Made by a program: the position numbers and the translations under genes. Below are positions 1-13,500 of a stretch of DNA of 64,000 nt, piece by piece (the first letter of the stretch is position 1; each line of letters starts with the position of its first letter). The notes beneath the pieces were generated by a model. That model saw only the letters and a program-made list of their open reading frames with translations. It was not told where the DNA came from and made no database searches. This DNA is from the human T2T-CHM13v2.0 reference genome, Homo sapiens: NCBI RefSeq assembly GCF_009914755.1, contig NC_060927.1. One strand, written 5' to 3'.

Positions 1-2094
1 CAAATCACAAGGTAGTTTCTGAGAATGCTTCTATCTAGTCGCTATGTGAAGATATTTCCTTTTCCACCACAGGCCACAAAACCCTCCAATTGTCCACTTG
101 CAGATTCTAAAAAAGAGTGTTTCAAAACTGTTCTATCAAAAGGAAAGTTCATACCTGTGAGTTGAATGCAGACATCACAAAGAAGTTTCTGAGAATGCTT
201 CTGTCTAGTTTTTATTCAAAGATACTACCGTTTCCAACAAAGGCCTCAAAGCAGTCCAAATATCCACTTGCAGATTCTACAAAAAGAGTGTTTCAAAACT
301 TCTTTATCACAAAGAAGATTCAACTCTGTCAGCTGAATGCACACATCACAAAGAAGTTTCGGAGAATGCTTTTGTGTAGTTTTCATATGAAGATATTTCC
401 CTCTCTAGCATTGGCCTCAAAGCTCTCCAAATGTGAAGAGGCAGATTCTTCAAAAATATTGTTTCAGAACGCTCTATCAAAAGGAAGGTTTACTCTTGAG
501 TTGAATGCGCACATCACAAAGAAGTTTCTAAAAATGCTTCTGTCTAGTTTTTAAGTGAGGATATTCCTGTTACCACCACAAACCTCAAAGCCCTCCAAAT
601 GTCCACTTGCAGATTCCACAAAAAGAAGAGTGTTTCCAAACGGCTCTGTCAAAAGGAAGTTTCAACTCTGTTAGTTGAATGCACACATCACAAAGAAGTT
701 TCTGAGAATGCTTCTGTGTAGTGGTTTCAAGACATTTCCGTTTCCAACGAAGTCCTCAAAGCCGTCCAAATATCCACTTGCAGATTCTACAAAAAGAGTG
801 TTTCAAAACTGCTCTATCAAAAGAAAGGTTCAACTCTGTGAGTTGAATGCACACCTCGCAAAGTAGTTTCTGAGAATGCTTCTGTGTAGTGGTTTGAAGA
901 CATTCCCGTTTCCAACAAAGGCCTCAAAGCGGTGCAAACATGCACTTGCAGATTCTACAAAGAGTGTTTCAAAACTGCTCTATCAAAAGAAAGGTTCGAC
1001 CCTGTGAGTTCAATGCACACATCACAAAGAGGTTTCTGAGAATGGTTCTGTCTATTTTCTCTGTGAAGATATTTTCTTTTCCACCACAGGCCTCATAACC
1101 CTCCAAATATCCACTTGCAGGTTCTGCAAAAAGAGTGTTTCAAAATGTTCTATCAAAAGGAAATTTCAAATCTGTGAGTTGAATGCACACATCACAAAGA
1201 AGTTTCTGAGAATGCTTCTGTCCAGTTTCTATTTGAAGATATACCCATTTCCAATGAAGGCCTCAAAGTGGTCCTAATATCCACTTGCAGATTCTACAAA
1301 AAGAGTGTTTCAAAACTGCTCTATCAAAAAGAAGCTTCAACTCTGTGTGTTGAATGCACACATCACAAAGAAGTTTCTGAGAATGCTCCTGTCTAGTATT
1401 TATTTGAAGATATTTCCTTTTCTACCATAGGCCTCAAAGCGCTCCAACTATCCAGTTGCAGATTCTACAAGAAGTGTTTCAAAACTGCTCTATCAAAAGA
1501 AAGGTTCACCTCTGTGAGTTGAATGCACACTTCAAAAAGTGCTATCTGAGAATGCTTTTGTCTAGTTTTTATATGAATATATTTGCTCTTCTTACCACAG
1601 GCCTCAAAGCGCTGGAAATATCCATTTGCAGATTCTACAAAAAGAGTGTTTCAAAGCTGCTCTATCAAAAAGAAGGTTCAACTCTATGAGTTGAATGCAC
1701 TCATCAAAAAGAAGTTGCTCAGACTCCTTCTGTCTAGTTTTTATGTGATGATATTTCCTTTTCCACCATAGGACTTAAAGCGCTCCAAATGTCCACTTGC
1801 AGATTCTACAAAAAGAGTGTTTCAAAACTGCTCTATCAAAAGAAAGGTTTGACTCTGTGAGTTGATTGCACACGTCAAAAAGTAGTTTCTGAGAATGCTT
1901 CTTTCTAGTTTTATATGAAGTTATTTGCTTCTCTACCCTAGGCCTCAAAGCTGCCAAATATCCAATTGCACATTCCACAAAAAGAGTGTTTCAAACATGC
2001 TCTATCAAAAGGAAGGTTCAATGCTGTGAGTTGAATGCACAGATCACAAAGAAGTTTCTGAGAATACTTCTGTCTACTTTTTATTTGAAGATAT

Positions 2095-2111
2095 TCCCGT
2101 TTCCAACGAAG
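2095..2111 (-). promoter_or_regulatory. CENP-B box (perfect)
   Basis: tcccgtttccaacgaag = reverse complement of CTTCGTTGGAAACGGGA. Confidence 0.9.
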
Positions 2112-5100
2112 GCCTCAAAGCAGTCCAAATATCCACTTGCAGATTCTACAAAAAGAGTGTTTCAAAACTGTTCTATGAAAAGGTATTTTCAACTCTGTGA
2201 GTTGAATGCAAACATCACAAAGAGGTTTCTGAGAATGCTTCTGTCTAGTTTTCATATGAAGATACTTCCTTTTCTGCCATATGCCTCAAAGCGCTCCAAA
2301 TGTCCACTTGCAGATTCTTCAAAAAGAGTGTTTCAAAACTACTCTATCAAAAGGAAGGTTCAACTCTGTGAGATTAATGCACACATCACAAAATAGTTTC
2401 TGAAAATGCTTCTGCCTAGTTTTTAAGTGAGGATATTCTCTTTTCCAACAAAGGCCTCAAAGAGGTCCAAAGATCACCTTGCATATTCTAAAAAAAAGAG
2501 TGTCAAAACAGCTCGATCAAAAGAAGGCTAACCACTGTGATTTGAATGCACACATCACAAAGAAGTTTCTGAGAATGTTTCTCTCTGGGTTTTATTTGAA
2601 GATACACCCGTTTCCAGTGAAGGCCTTAAAGTGGTTCAAATATCCGCTTGCGTATTTAACCACAAGAGTATTTCAAAATTGCTCTATCAAAGGAAAGGTT
2701 CATCTCTGCGAGTTGAATGCACACAAAACAAAGAAGTTTCTCAGAATGCTTCTGTCTAGTTTTTATTTGAAGATATTCCCGTTTCCAACAAAGGCCTCAA
2801 GGCGGTCCAAATACCCAATTGCTGATTCTACCAAAAGAGGGTGTCAAAACTGCACTATCAAAAGGAAGGTTCAACTTTGTGAGTTGAATGCACACATCAC
2901 AAAAACTTTCAGAGAATGGTTCTGTCTAGTATCTATTTCAAGATTTTTCCTTTTCCACCACAGGCCTCAAAGCCCGCCAAATGTCCACTTGCAGTTTCTA
3001 CAAAAAGAGCGTTTCAAAACTGCTCTATCAAAAGAACAGTTCGACTCTGTCAGTTGAATGCACACATCACAAAGGAGTTTCTGAGAATGCTTCTGTCTAG
3101 TTTTTTTATGAAGATATTTGCTTTTCTACCATAGGCCTCAAAGCGCTCCAAATATCCACTTGCATATTTTACAAAAAGAGTGTTTCAAAAGTGCCCTATC
3201 AGAAGGAATGTTCCACTCTGTAAGTAGAATGCACAAATCAAAAAGAAATTTCTGAGAATGCTTCTGTCTAGTTTTTAGGTGAAGATATTCTCGTTTCCAC
3301 AGAAGGTCTCAAAGCTGCCAAATATCCACTTGCACATTCTAAGAAAGAGTGTCTCAAAACTGCTCTATCAAAACGAAGGTTCAACTCTGTGAGTTGAATG
3401 CACACATCACAAAGAAGTTTCTGAGAATGCTTCTGTCTAGTTTTTATGTGAAGATATTCCCATCTCCAACGAAGGCCTCAAAGCACTCCAAATATCCAGT
3501 TGCTAATTCTACAAAAACAGTGTTTCAAAACTGCTCTATCAAAAGAAAGGTTCAAATCTATGTGTTGAATGCACACATCACAAAGGGGTTTCTGAGAAGT
3601 CTTCTGTCTACTCTGTATGTGAAGATATTCCCTTTTCCACCACAGGCCTCAAAGCCATCCAAATGCCCATTTGCAGATTCTACAAAAAGAGTGTTTCAAA
3701 ACTGCTCTATCAAAAAGAAGGTTCAACTCTGTGAGTTGTATGCACACAACACAAAGAAGTTTCTGAGAATACTTCTGCCTAGTTTTTATTTGAAGATACT
3801 CCCTTTTCCAATGAAGGCCTCAAAGCAGTCCAAATACTCACTTGCCGGTTCTCCAAAAACAGTGTTTCAAACTGCTCTATCAAAAGGAAGGTTCAACTTG
3901 GTGAGTTGAATGCACACATCACAAAGAAGGCTCTGAGAATGCTTCTGTCTACTTTCCAGGAGAAAATATTTCCTTTTCCCCCACAGTTCTCAAATCCCTC
4001 TAAATGTCCACTTGCACATTCTTTAAAAAGAGTGTTTCAATACTGCTCTATTAAAAGTAGTGTTCAAGTTTGTGAGTTGACTGCACACATCACAAAGAAG
4101 TTTCTGAGAATGCTTCTGTCTAGTTATTTGAAGACATTCTCATTTCCAACGAAGGCCTCAAAGCGGTCCAAATATCCACTTGCAGATTTTACAAAGAATG
4201 TTCCAAAACTGCTCTATCAAAAGCAAGGTTCAACTCTGTGAGTTGAATGCACACATCAAAAAGAGGTTTCCGAGAATGCTTCAGTCTATTCTCTAGGTGA
4301 AGATATTTCCTTTTCTACCACAGGCCTTAAAGCAGTCCAAATGAACACTTGCAGAAAATACAAAAAGAGTGTTTCAAAACTGCTCTATCAAAGAAAGGTT
4401 CAACTCTGTATGTTGAATGCACACATCACAAAGAGGCTTCTGAGAATGCTTCTATCTAGTCTCTATGTGAAGATATTTCCTTTTCCACCACACACCTCAA
4501 AGCCCTCAAAATGTCCACTTGCCGATTCTACAAAAAGAGTGTTTCAAAACTGCTCTATGAAAAGGAAGGTTCAACTCTGTGAGTTGAATGCACACATCAC
4601 AAAGAAGTTTCTGAGAATGCTTCTGTCTAGTTTTCATTTGAAGATATTTCCTTTTCCACCATAGGCCTCAAAGCTCTCCAAATGTTCACTGGCATATTCT
4701 ACAAAAAGAGTGTTTCAAAACTGCTCTATCAAAAGTAATGTTCAAAACTCTGAGTTGAATGCACACATCATTAAGAAGTTTCTGAAAATACATCTGTCCA
4801 GTTTTTATGTGGGAATATTCCCTTTTCCAACGAAGGACTCAAAGCGGTCCAAATATCCACTTGCAGATACTCCAAAAAGAGTGTTTCAAAACTGCTGTAT
4901 CAAAACAAAAGTTGACCCCTGTGAGCCGAACGCAAACATCACAAAGTACTTTCTGAGAATGCTTCTTTTAGTTTTTATGTGAAAATATTTCCTTTTCAAC
5001 AATAGGCCTCAAAGTGCTCCTAAAATCCTCTTGCAGATTCTACAAAAAGAGTGTTTCTAAACTGCTCTATCAAAAGGAAGGTTCACCTCTGTGAGTTGAG

Positions 5101-5500
5101 TACAGACATCACAAAGAAGTTTCTGAGAATGCTTCTGTCTAGTTTCTATGGAAGATATTTCCTTTTCCAACACAGGACTTAAATCGGTCCAAATGTCCAC
5201 TTGCAGATTCTGCAAAAAGAGTGTTTCAAAACTTCCCTATCAAAAGAAATGTTCGTCTCTGTGAGTTGAATGCACACATCACAAAGTAATTTCTGAGAAT
5301 GCTTCTGTCTGGTTTTCACTTGAAGATCTTTCCTTTTCTACGGTAGGATTCTAAGCACTCTAAATGTCCAATTGGAGATTCAACAAAAACAGGCTTTCAA
5401 CACTATTCTATCAAAAGTAATGTTCAACTCGTGGAGGTGAATGCACCCATCACAAAGGAGTTTCTAAAAATGCTTCTGTCTAGTTTTTATGTGAGAATAA

Positions 5501-5517
5501 TCCCGTTTCCAACGAAG
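5501..5517 (-). promoter_or_regulatory. CENP-B box (perfect)
   Basis: tcccgtttccaacgaag. Confidence 0.9.
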
Positions 5518-8500
5518 GACTCAAAGTGGTCCAAATATCCACTTGCAGATTCTCCAAATAGAGTGTTTCAAAACTGCTCTATCAAAAGAAAGGTTCACCT
5601 CTCTGAGTTGAATGCACACATCGCAAAGAAGTTTCTGTGAATGCTTCTGCCTTGTTTTATATGAAGATACTTTCTTTTCTACCACAGGCCTCAAAGCGCT
5701 CCAAGTATCAACTTGCAGATTCCCAAAAGAGTGTTTTGAAACTGCGCTATCAAAAGGAGGGTTCAACTCTGTGGGTTGAATGCACACAACACAAAGATGA
5801 TTCTGAGAATACTTCTGTCTAGTTTTAACGTGAAGATATTTCCTTTTCTACCATAGGCCTCAAAGCACTCCAAATGTCCACTTGCAGATACTTCAAAAAG
5901 ACTGTTTCAAAACTGCTCTATCGAAAGGAAGGCTCAACTCTGTGAGTTGAATGCACACATCCCAAAGAAGTTTCTTAAAATTCTCCGGCCTTGTTTTTAA
6001 GTGAGGATATTCCCGTTTCCACCGCAGGCCTCAAAGCCCTCCAAATGTCCACTTGCAGATTTACAAAAAGAGTGTTTCAAAACTGCTCTATCAAAGGGAA
6101 GTTTCAACTTTGTGAGTTGAATGCACAGATCAGAAAGGAGTTTCTGAGAATGCTTCTGTCTAGTTTTTATTTGAAGATATTCCCATTTCCAATGAAGGCC
6201 TCAAAGCAGTCAAAATATCCACTTGCAGATTCTACAAAAGGAGTATTTCTAAACTTCTCTATCAAAAAGAAGGTTCAACTCTGTGAGTTGAATGCACACA
6301 TCACAAAGAAGGTTCTGAGAATGCTTTTGTCTAGTTTTCATATGAAGATATTTCCTTTACTACTGTAGGCCTCAAAGCGTTCCAAATGTCCACTTGCAGA
6401 CTCTTCAAAAAGAGTGTTTCAAAACTGATCTACAAAAGGAAGGTTCAGCTCTCTGAGTTGAATGCAACGTTACAAAGAAGTTTCTGAAAATGCTTCTATC
6501 TAGTTCTTAAGTGAGGATATTCCCGTTTCCAAAGAAGGCCTCAAAGCGTTCCAGGTATCCCCTTGCAGATTCTACAAAAAGAGTGTTTCAAAACTGCTCT
6601 ATCAAAATAAAGGTTCAGCTCTGAGAGTTGAATGCACACATAAAAAAGAAGTTTCTGAGAATGCTCTGTCTCCTCTCTATGTGAAGGTATTTCCTTTTCC
6701 ACCACAGGCCTCAAATCCACACAAATGTTCACGTGCAGATTCTACAAAAAGAGTGTTTCTAAACTGCTCTTTCAAAAGGAAGGTTCAACTCGGTCACTTG
6801 AATGCACACATCGCAAAGAAGTTTCTGAGAATGCTTCTGTCTAGTTTTTATTTGAAGATATTTCTTTTTCTACCATCGGCCTCAAAGTGCTCCAAATGGC
6901 CACTTGGAGATTCTACAAAAAGAGTGTTTCAAAACTGCTCTATCAAAAGTAATATTCAACTCTGTGAATTGAATGAACACATCAGAAAGAAGTTTCTGAG
7001 AATGCTTCTTTCTAGTTTTTATGTGAGAATATTCCCGTTTCCAATGAAGGCGTCAAAGCAGTCCAAATAACCACTTGCAGATCCTCCAAAAAGAGAGTTT
7101 CAAAACTGCTCTATGAAAAGAAAGGTCCACCTCTGTGAGTTGAATGAACACATCATGAAGTACTTTCTGAGAATGCTTCTGTCTAGTTTTTATATGAAGA
7201 TATTTGCTTTTCTACCATAGGCCTCAAAGCTGCAAAATATACATTTGCAGATTCTACAAAAAGTGTTTCAAACATGCTCTATCAAAAGGAAGTTTCAAAT
7301 CTGTGAGTTGATTGCACAGATCACAAAGAAGCTTCTGAGAATGCTTCTCTCTACTTTTTATTTGAAGATATTCCTGTTTCCAACGAAGGCCTTAAAGGAG
7401 TCAAAATATCCACTTGAAAATTATACAAAAGAGTGTTTCAAAACTTCTCTATCAAAAAGAAGGTTCAACTATGTGAGATGAATGCACACATCACAAAGGT
7501 GTTTCTCAAAATGCTTCTGACTAGTTTTTAAGTGAGGATATTCCCGTTTCCAACTCAGACCTCAAAACCCTACAAATGTCCATTTGCAGATTCTACAAAA
7601 AGAGTGTTTCAAAACTGCTGTATCAAAAGGAATGTTCAACTCTGTGAGTTGAATGCACAGATCACAAAGAAGTTTCTGAGAATGCTTCTGTCTATTTTTA
7701 TACGAAGGTATTTGCTTTTCTACCATAAGCTTCAAACCGCTCCATATATCCACTTGCAGATTCTGCAAAAAGTGTGTTTGAAAACTGCTCTATCAAAAGG
7801 AAGGTTCAACTCTCTGAGTTGAATGCACACATCACAAAGAGGTTTCTGAGAATACTTCTGTCTGTTTTCTATGTGAAGATATTTCCTTTTCTATTATATG
7901 CCTCAAAGTGTTCCAAATATCCACTTGCAGATTCTTCAAAAAGAGTGTTTCAAAACTGCTCTATCAAAAGGAAGTTTCAACTCTGTAAGTTGAATGCACA
8001 CAACACAAAGAAGTTTCTGAAAATGCTTCAGTCTAGTTTTTAAGTGAGGATATTCCCGTTTGCACCACAGGTCTCAAAGCCCTCCAAATGTCCCTTTGCA
8101 GACACTACTAAAATAGTGTTTCAAAACTACCCTTTCCAAAGTAATATTCACCCCTGTGAGTTGAATACACATATCACAAAGTACTTCCTGAGAATGCTTC
8201 TGTCTAGTTTTCATTTGAAGATATTCCCGTTTCCAACACAGACCTCAAAGCGGCCAAAAATATACACTTGCAGATTATACAGAAAGAGTGTTTCAAAACT
8301 GCTCTATCGAAAGGAATGTTCATTTCAGTGAATTGAATGCACACATCAGAAAGAAGTTTCTGAGAATGCTACTGTCTAGTTGTTATATGAAGATATTTGC
8401 TTTTCTACCATAGACCTCAAAGCACTCCAAATATCCACTTGCAAATTCTGCAAAAAGAGGGTTTCAAAAGTGCTCTATCAAAAGGAATGTTCAATTTTTG

Positions 8501-11500
8501 AGTTGAATGCGCACATCACTAAGAAATTTCCGAGAATGCTTCTGTCTAGTTTTCAGGTGAAGATATTCCCGTTTCCACAGAAGGACTCAAAGCTGCCAAA
8601 TATGCACTTGCAGATTCTACACAAAGAGTGTTTCAAAACCGCTCCATTAAAAGGAAGGTTCAATGCTGTGAGTTGAATGCACACATGACAAAGAAGTTTC
8701 TGAGAATGCTTCTGTCTAGTTTCTATGTGAAGATATTTCCTTTTCCACCACAGGCCTCAAAGCCCTCCAAATGTCCACTTGCAGATTCTTCAAAGCAGTG
8801 GTTCAGAACTGCTCTATCAAAAAGAAGATTCAACTCTGTGTGTTGAATGCACACATCACCAAGAAATTTCTCAGAACGCTTCTGTCTAGTTTTTAGGTGA
8901 AGATATTCCCTTTTCCACAGAAGGCCTCAGAGCTGCCAAATATCCACTTGCAGATTCTACAAAAACAGTGTTCCAAACTTCTCTATCAAAAAGAAGGTTC
9001 AACTCTGTGAGTTGAATGCACTTAACACAAAGTAGTTTCTGAGAATGCTTCTGTCTAGCTTTATAAAGATACTTTTTCTACCATATGCCTCAGAGAGCTC
9101 CAAATATCCACTTGCAGATTCTACAAAAGGAGTTTTAAAACTGCCCTATCAAAAGGAAGGTTCAACTCTGAGAGTTGAATGCACACATCACAAAGAGGTT
9201 TCTGAAAATGCTTCTGTCTAGTTTTTAAGTGAGGATATTCCCGTTTTTAACAAAGACCTCAAAGCGGTCCAAATATCCCCCTGCAGGTTCTGGAAAAAGA
9301 GTGTCTCAAAACAAAGGTTCACCTCTGTGAGTTGAACGCACACATCACAAGGAAGTTTCTGAGAATGTTTCTGTCTAGTTTTTATTGGAAGATATTCCCG
9401 TTTCCAAAGAAGGCCTCAAAGCGGTCCACATATCCACTTGCAGCATCGAGAAAAAGAGTGTTTCAAAACTGCTCTATCAAAAGAAAAGTTCACCTCTGTG
9501 AGTTGAATGCGCACATGAAAAAGAAGTTTCTGAGAATACTTCTATCTAGTTTCCCTGTGAAGATATTTCCTTTTCCACGACAGGCCTCAAAGCCCTCCAA
9601 ATGAACATTTGCACATTCAACAAAAAGAGTGTTTCAATACTGCTCTATCAAAAGGAAAGTTCAACTCTGTGAGTTGAATGCACACATCACAAAGATGTTT
9701 CTAAAAATGCTTCTGACTAGTTTTTATATGAGGATATTCTCGTTTCCAACTCAGACCTCAAAACCCTACAAATGTCCACTTGCAGATTATACAAAAAGAG
9801 TATTTCAAAACTTCCCTATCAAAAGGATGGTTCAACTCTGTGAGTTGAATGCACACATCACAAATAAGTTTCTGAGAATGCTTTGGTCTAGTTATTTGAA
9901 TATATTAACTTTTCCAAAGAAGGCTTCAAAACGCTCCAAATATCCACTTGCAGATTCTACAAAAAGCGGACTTCAAAAGTGTTCTATCAAAAGGAATCTT
10001 CAACTCTGTGAGTTGAATGCACACATCACAAAGATACTTCTGAGAATGTTTCAGTCTAGTTTTAATTTGAAGATACTCCCGTTTCCACAGAAGGCCCCAA
10101 GGCCGCCAAATATTCAATTGCAGATTCTACAAAAAGAGTGATTCAAAACTGCTCTATCAAAAGGAAGGTTCAACTCTGTGACTTGAATGCACAGATCACA
10201 AAGAAGTTTCTTAGAATGCTTCTGTCTAATTTGTATTTGAGGACATTCTGGATTCCAACGAAGGCCTCAAAGCGTTCCAAATATCCACTTGCAGATTGTA
10301 CAAAAAGAGTCTTTCAAAACTGCTCTATCAAAAGGAAGCTTCAACTCTGTGAACTGAATGCATACATCACAAAGAGGTTTCTGAGAATGCTTCTGTCTAG
10401 TCTTTATGTGAAGATATTTCCTTTTCCAACACAGGCCTCAAAGCCCTCCAAATATCCAATTGCAGATTCTATAAAAAGAGTGTTTCAAAACTGCTCTATC
10501 AAAAGGAACGTTCAACTCTGTGAGTTGAAAGCACTCATCACAAAGAAGTTTCTGTGAATGCTTCTGTCTAATTTTTATTTGAATGTATTTGCGTTTCTAC
10601 CATAGACCTCAAAGCGCTCCAAATGTCCACTTGCGGATTCTACAAAAAGAGTGTTTCAAAACTGCCCTATCAAAAGTAATGTTCAACTCTGTGAGTTGAA
10701 TGTACACATCACAAAGAAGTTTCTGAAAATCCTTCTGTCTAGCTTTTATGTTAGAATATTCCCATTTCCAAAGGAGGCTTCAAAGCGGTCAAAATATGCA
10801 CTTGCAGATCCTCCAAAAAGAGTGTTTCAAAACTGCTCTATCAAAAGAAAGGTTCACCTCTGTGAGTTGAATGCAAACATCACAAATTACTTTCTGAGAA
10901 CGGTCCTGTCTAGATTTATGTGAAGATATTTGTTTTTCTACCAATAACCTCAAAGCGCTCCAAATATCCACTTGCAGATTCTACAAAAAGAGTGTTTCAA
11001 AACTGCTCTATCAAAAGGAATGTTCACCTCTGTGAATTGAATCCAAGCATGAAAGAGAAGTTTCTGAGAACGCTTCAGTCTAGTTTCTATGTGAAGGTAT
11101 TTCGTTTTTCACCACAGGCCTTAAAGGGCTCCAAATGTCCACTTGCATATTTTACAAAAAGAGTGTTTCAAAACTGCCCTAACAAAAGAAAGTTCATCTC
11201 TATGAGCTGAATGCATACATCACAAAGTAGATTCTGAGAATGCTTCTGTCAAGTTTTTATGTGAAGATATTTGCTTTTCTACCATAGGCCTCAAAGCGTC
11301 CCAAATATCCACTTATAGATTGTACAAAAAGAGTCTTTCAAAACTGCTCTATCAAAAAGAAGTTTCAACTCTGTGAGTTGAATGCACACATTACAAAGAA
11401 ATTTCTGAGAATGCTTCTGTCTAGTATTTGGATGAAGATATTCCCGTTTCCAACAAAGGGCAGAAATCTGTCGAAATATCCACTTGCAGTTTCCACAAAA

Positions 11501-13483
11501 AGAGTTTTTCCAAACTGCTCTCTCAAAAGGAATGTTCAACTCTGTGAGTTAAATGCACAGATAGCAAAGATGTTTCTGAGAATGCTTCTGTCTAGTTATT
11601 TGAAGACATTCCCATTTCCAATGAAGGCTGCAAAGCAGTCCAAATATCCACTTGCGGATTGTACAAGAGAGTGTTTCAAAACTGCTCTATGAAAACGAAG
11701 GTTCAACTCTGTGACTTGAATGCACACACCACAAAGAAGTTTCTGAGAATGCTTCTGCCTAGTTTCTATGGAAAGATATTTCCTTTTCCACCAGAGGCCT
11801 CAAAGCACTCCAAATGTCTACTTGCAGATTTTACAAAAAGAGTGTTTCAAAACTGCTCTATCAAAAGGAAATTTCAACTCTGTGAGTTGAATGCACACAT
11901 CCCAAAGAGGATTCTGAGAATGCTTCTGTCTAGTTATTTGAAGACATTCCCTTTTCCAAAGAATTCCTCAAAGTTGTCCAAATATCTACTTACAGATTCT
12001 ACAAAAAGAGTGTTTCAAAACTGCTCTATCAAACGGAAGCTTTAACTCTGTGAGTTGAATGCACACATCACAAGGAGGTTTCTGAGAATGCTTCTGTCTA
12101 GTCTCTACGTGAAGGTATATCTTTTTCCACCACAGGCCTAAAAGCCGTCAAAATATCCACATGCCGATTCTACAAAACAGAGTGTTTCGAAACTGCTCTA
12201 TCAAAAGGAAGGATCAACTCTGTGTGTTGAATGCACACGTCACAAAGAGGTTTCTGAAAATACTTCTGTCCTATTTTTATGTGAGAATATTCCCGTTTCC
12301 AACAAGGGCCACAAAGCGATCCAAATATCCACTTGCAGATTTTCCAAAAGAGTGTTTCAAAACTGCTCTATCATAAGAAAGGTTAACCTCTGTGAGTTGA
12401 ATGCACACATGACAAAGAAATTTGTCAGAATGCTTCTGTCTAGTTTTTATGTGAAGATATGCCCATTTTCAACAAAGGACTCAAAGCTGTCCATATATCC
12501 ACCTTCAGATTCTACAAAAAGAGTGATTCAAAACTGCTCTATCAATAGAAAGATTCAACTCTGTGAGTTGAATGCACAGATCGCAGAGAAGATTCTGAGA
12601 ATGCTTCTGTCTAGTTATGTGAAGATATTCCCGTTTCCAAAGAAGGCCTCAAAGCGGTTTAAATATTCACTTGCAGATTGTACAATAAGAAAGTTTCAAA
12701 ACTGCTCTATCAAAAGGAAGGTTCAACTCTGTGAGTTGCATGCTCACATCACAAAGGAGTTGCTCAGAAGGCTTCTGTCTAGTTTTTAAGTGAGGATATT
12801 CCTGTTTTCACCACAGGCCTCAAAGCCCTCCAAATGTCCACATGCAGATTCTACAAAAAGGGTGTTTCAAAACTGCTGTATCAAATGGAAGGTTCAACTC
12901 TGTGAGTTCAATGCACACATAACAAACTGAGTTCTGAGAATTCTTCTTTCTAGTCTCTATGTGAAGATATTTCCTTTTACACAATAGACCTTAATGCCGT
13001 CCAAATGTCCAATTGCAGATTCTACAAAAAGAGTGTTTCAAAAGTGATCTATCAAAAAAAGGCTGAACTCTGTGTGTTGAATGCAAACATCATAAAGAGG
13101 TTTCTGAGAATGCTTCTGTCTTGTCTCTATGTGAAGATATTTCCTTTTCCACCACAGGCCTCAAAGCCCTCCAAATGTTCACTTGCAGATTCTACAAAAA
13201 GAAAGTTTCAAAAATGCTCCAACAAAAGGAAGTTTCAAATCTGTTAGTTGAATTCACACATCACGATGAAGTCTCTGAGAATCCTTCTGTCTAGTTTTCA
13301 TTTGAAGTTTTTTTCCTTTTCTACCATAATCCTCAAAGCCCTCCAAATGTCCACTTGGAGATTCTACAAAAAGATTGTTTCATAACTGCTCTGTCAAAAG
13401 TAATGTTCAACTCTGTGGGTTGAATGCACACATGACAAAGAAGTTTCTGAAAATGCTTCTGTCCAGTTTTTATGTGAGAATAT

Positions 13484-13500
13484 TCCCGTTTCCAACGAAG
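13484..13500 (-). promoter_or_regulatory. CENP-B box (perfect)
   Basis: tcccgtttccaacgaag. Confidence 0.9.
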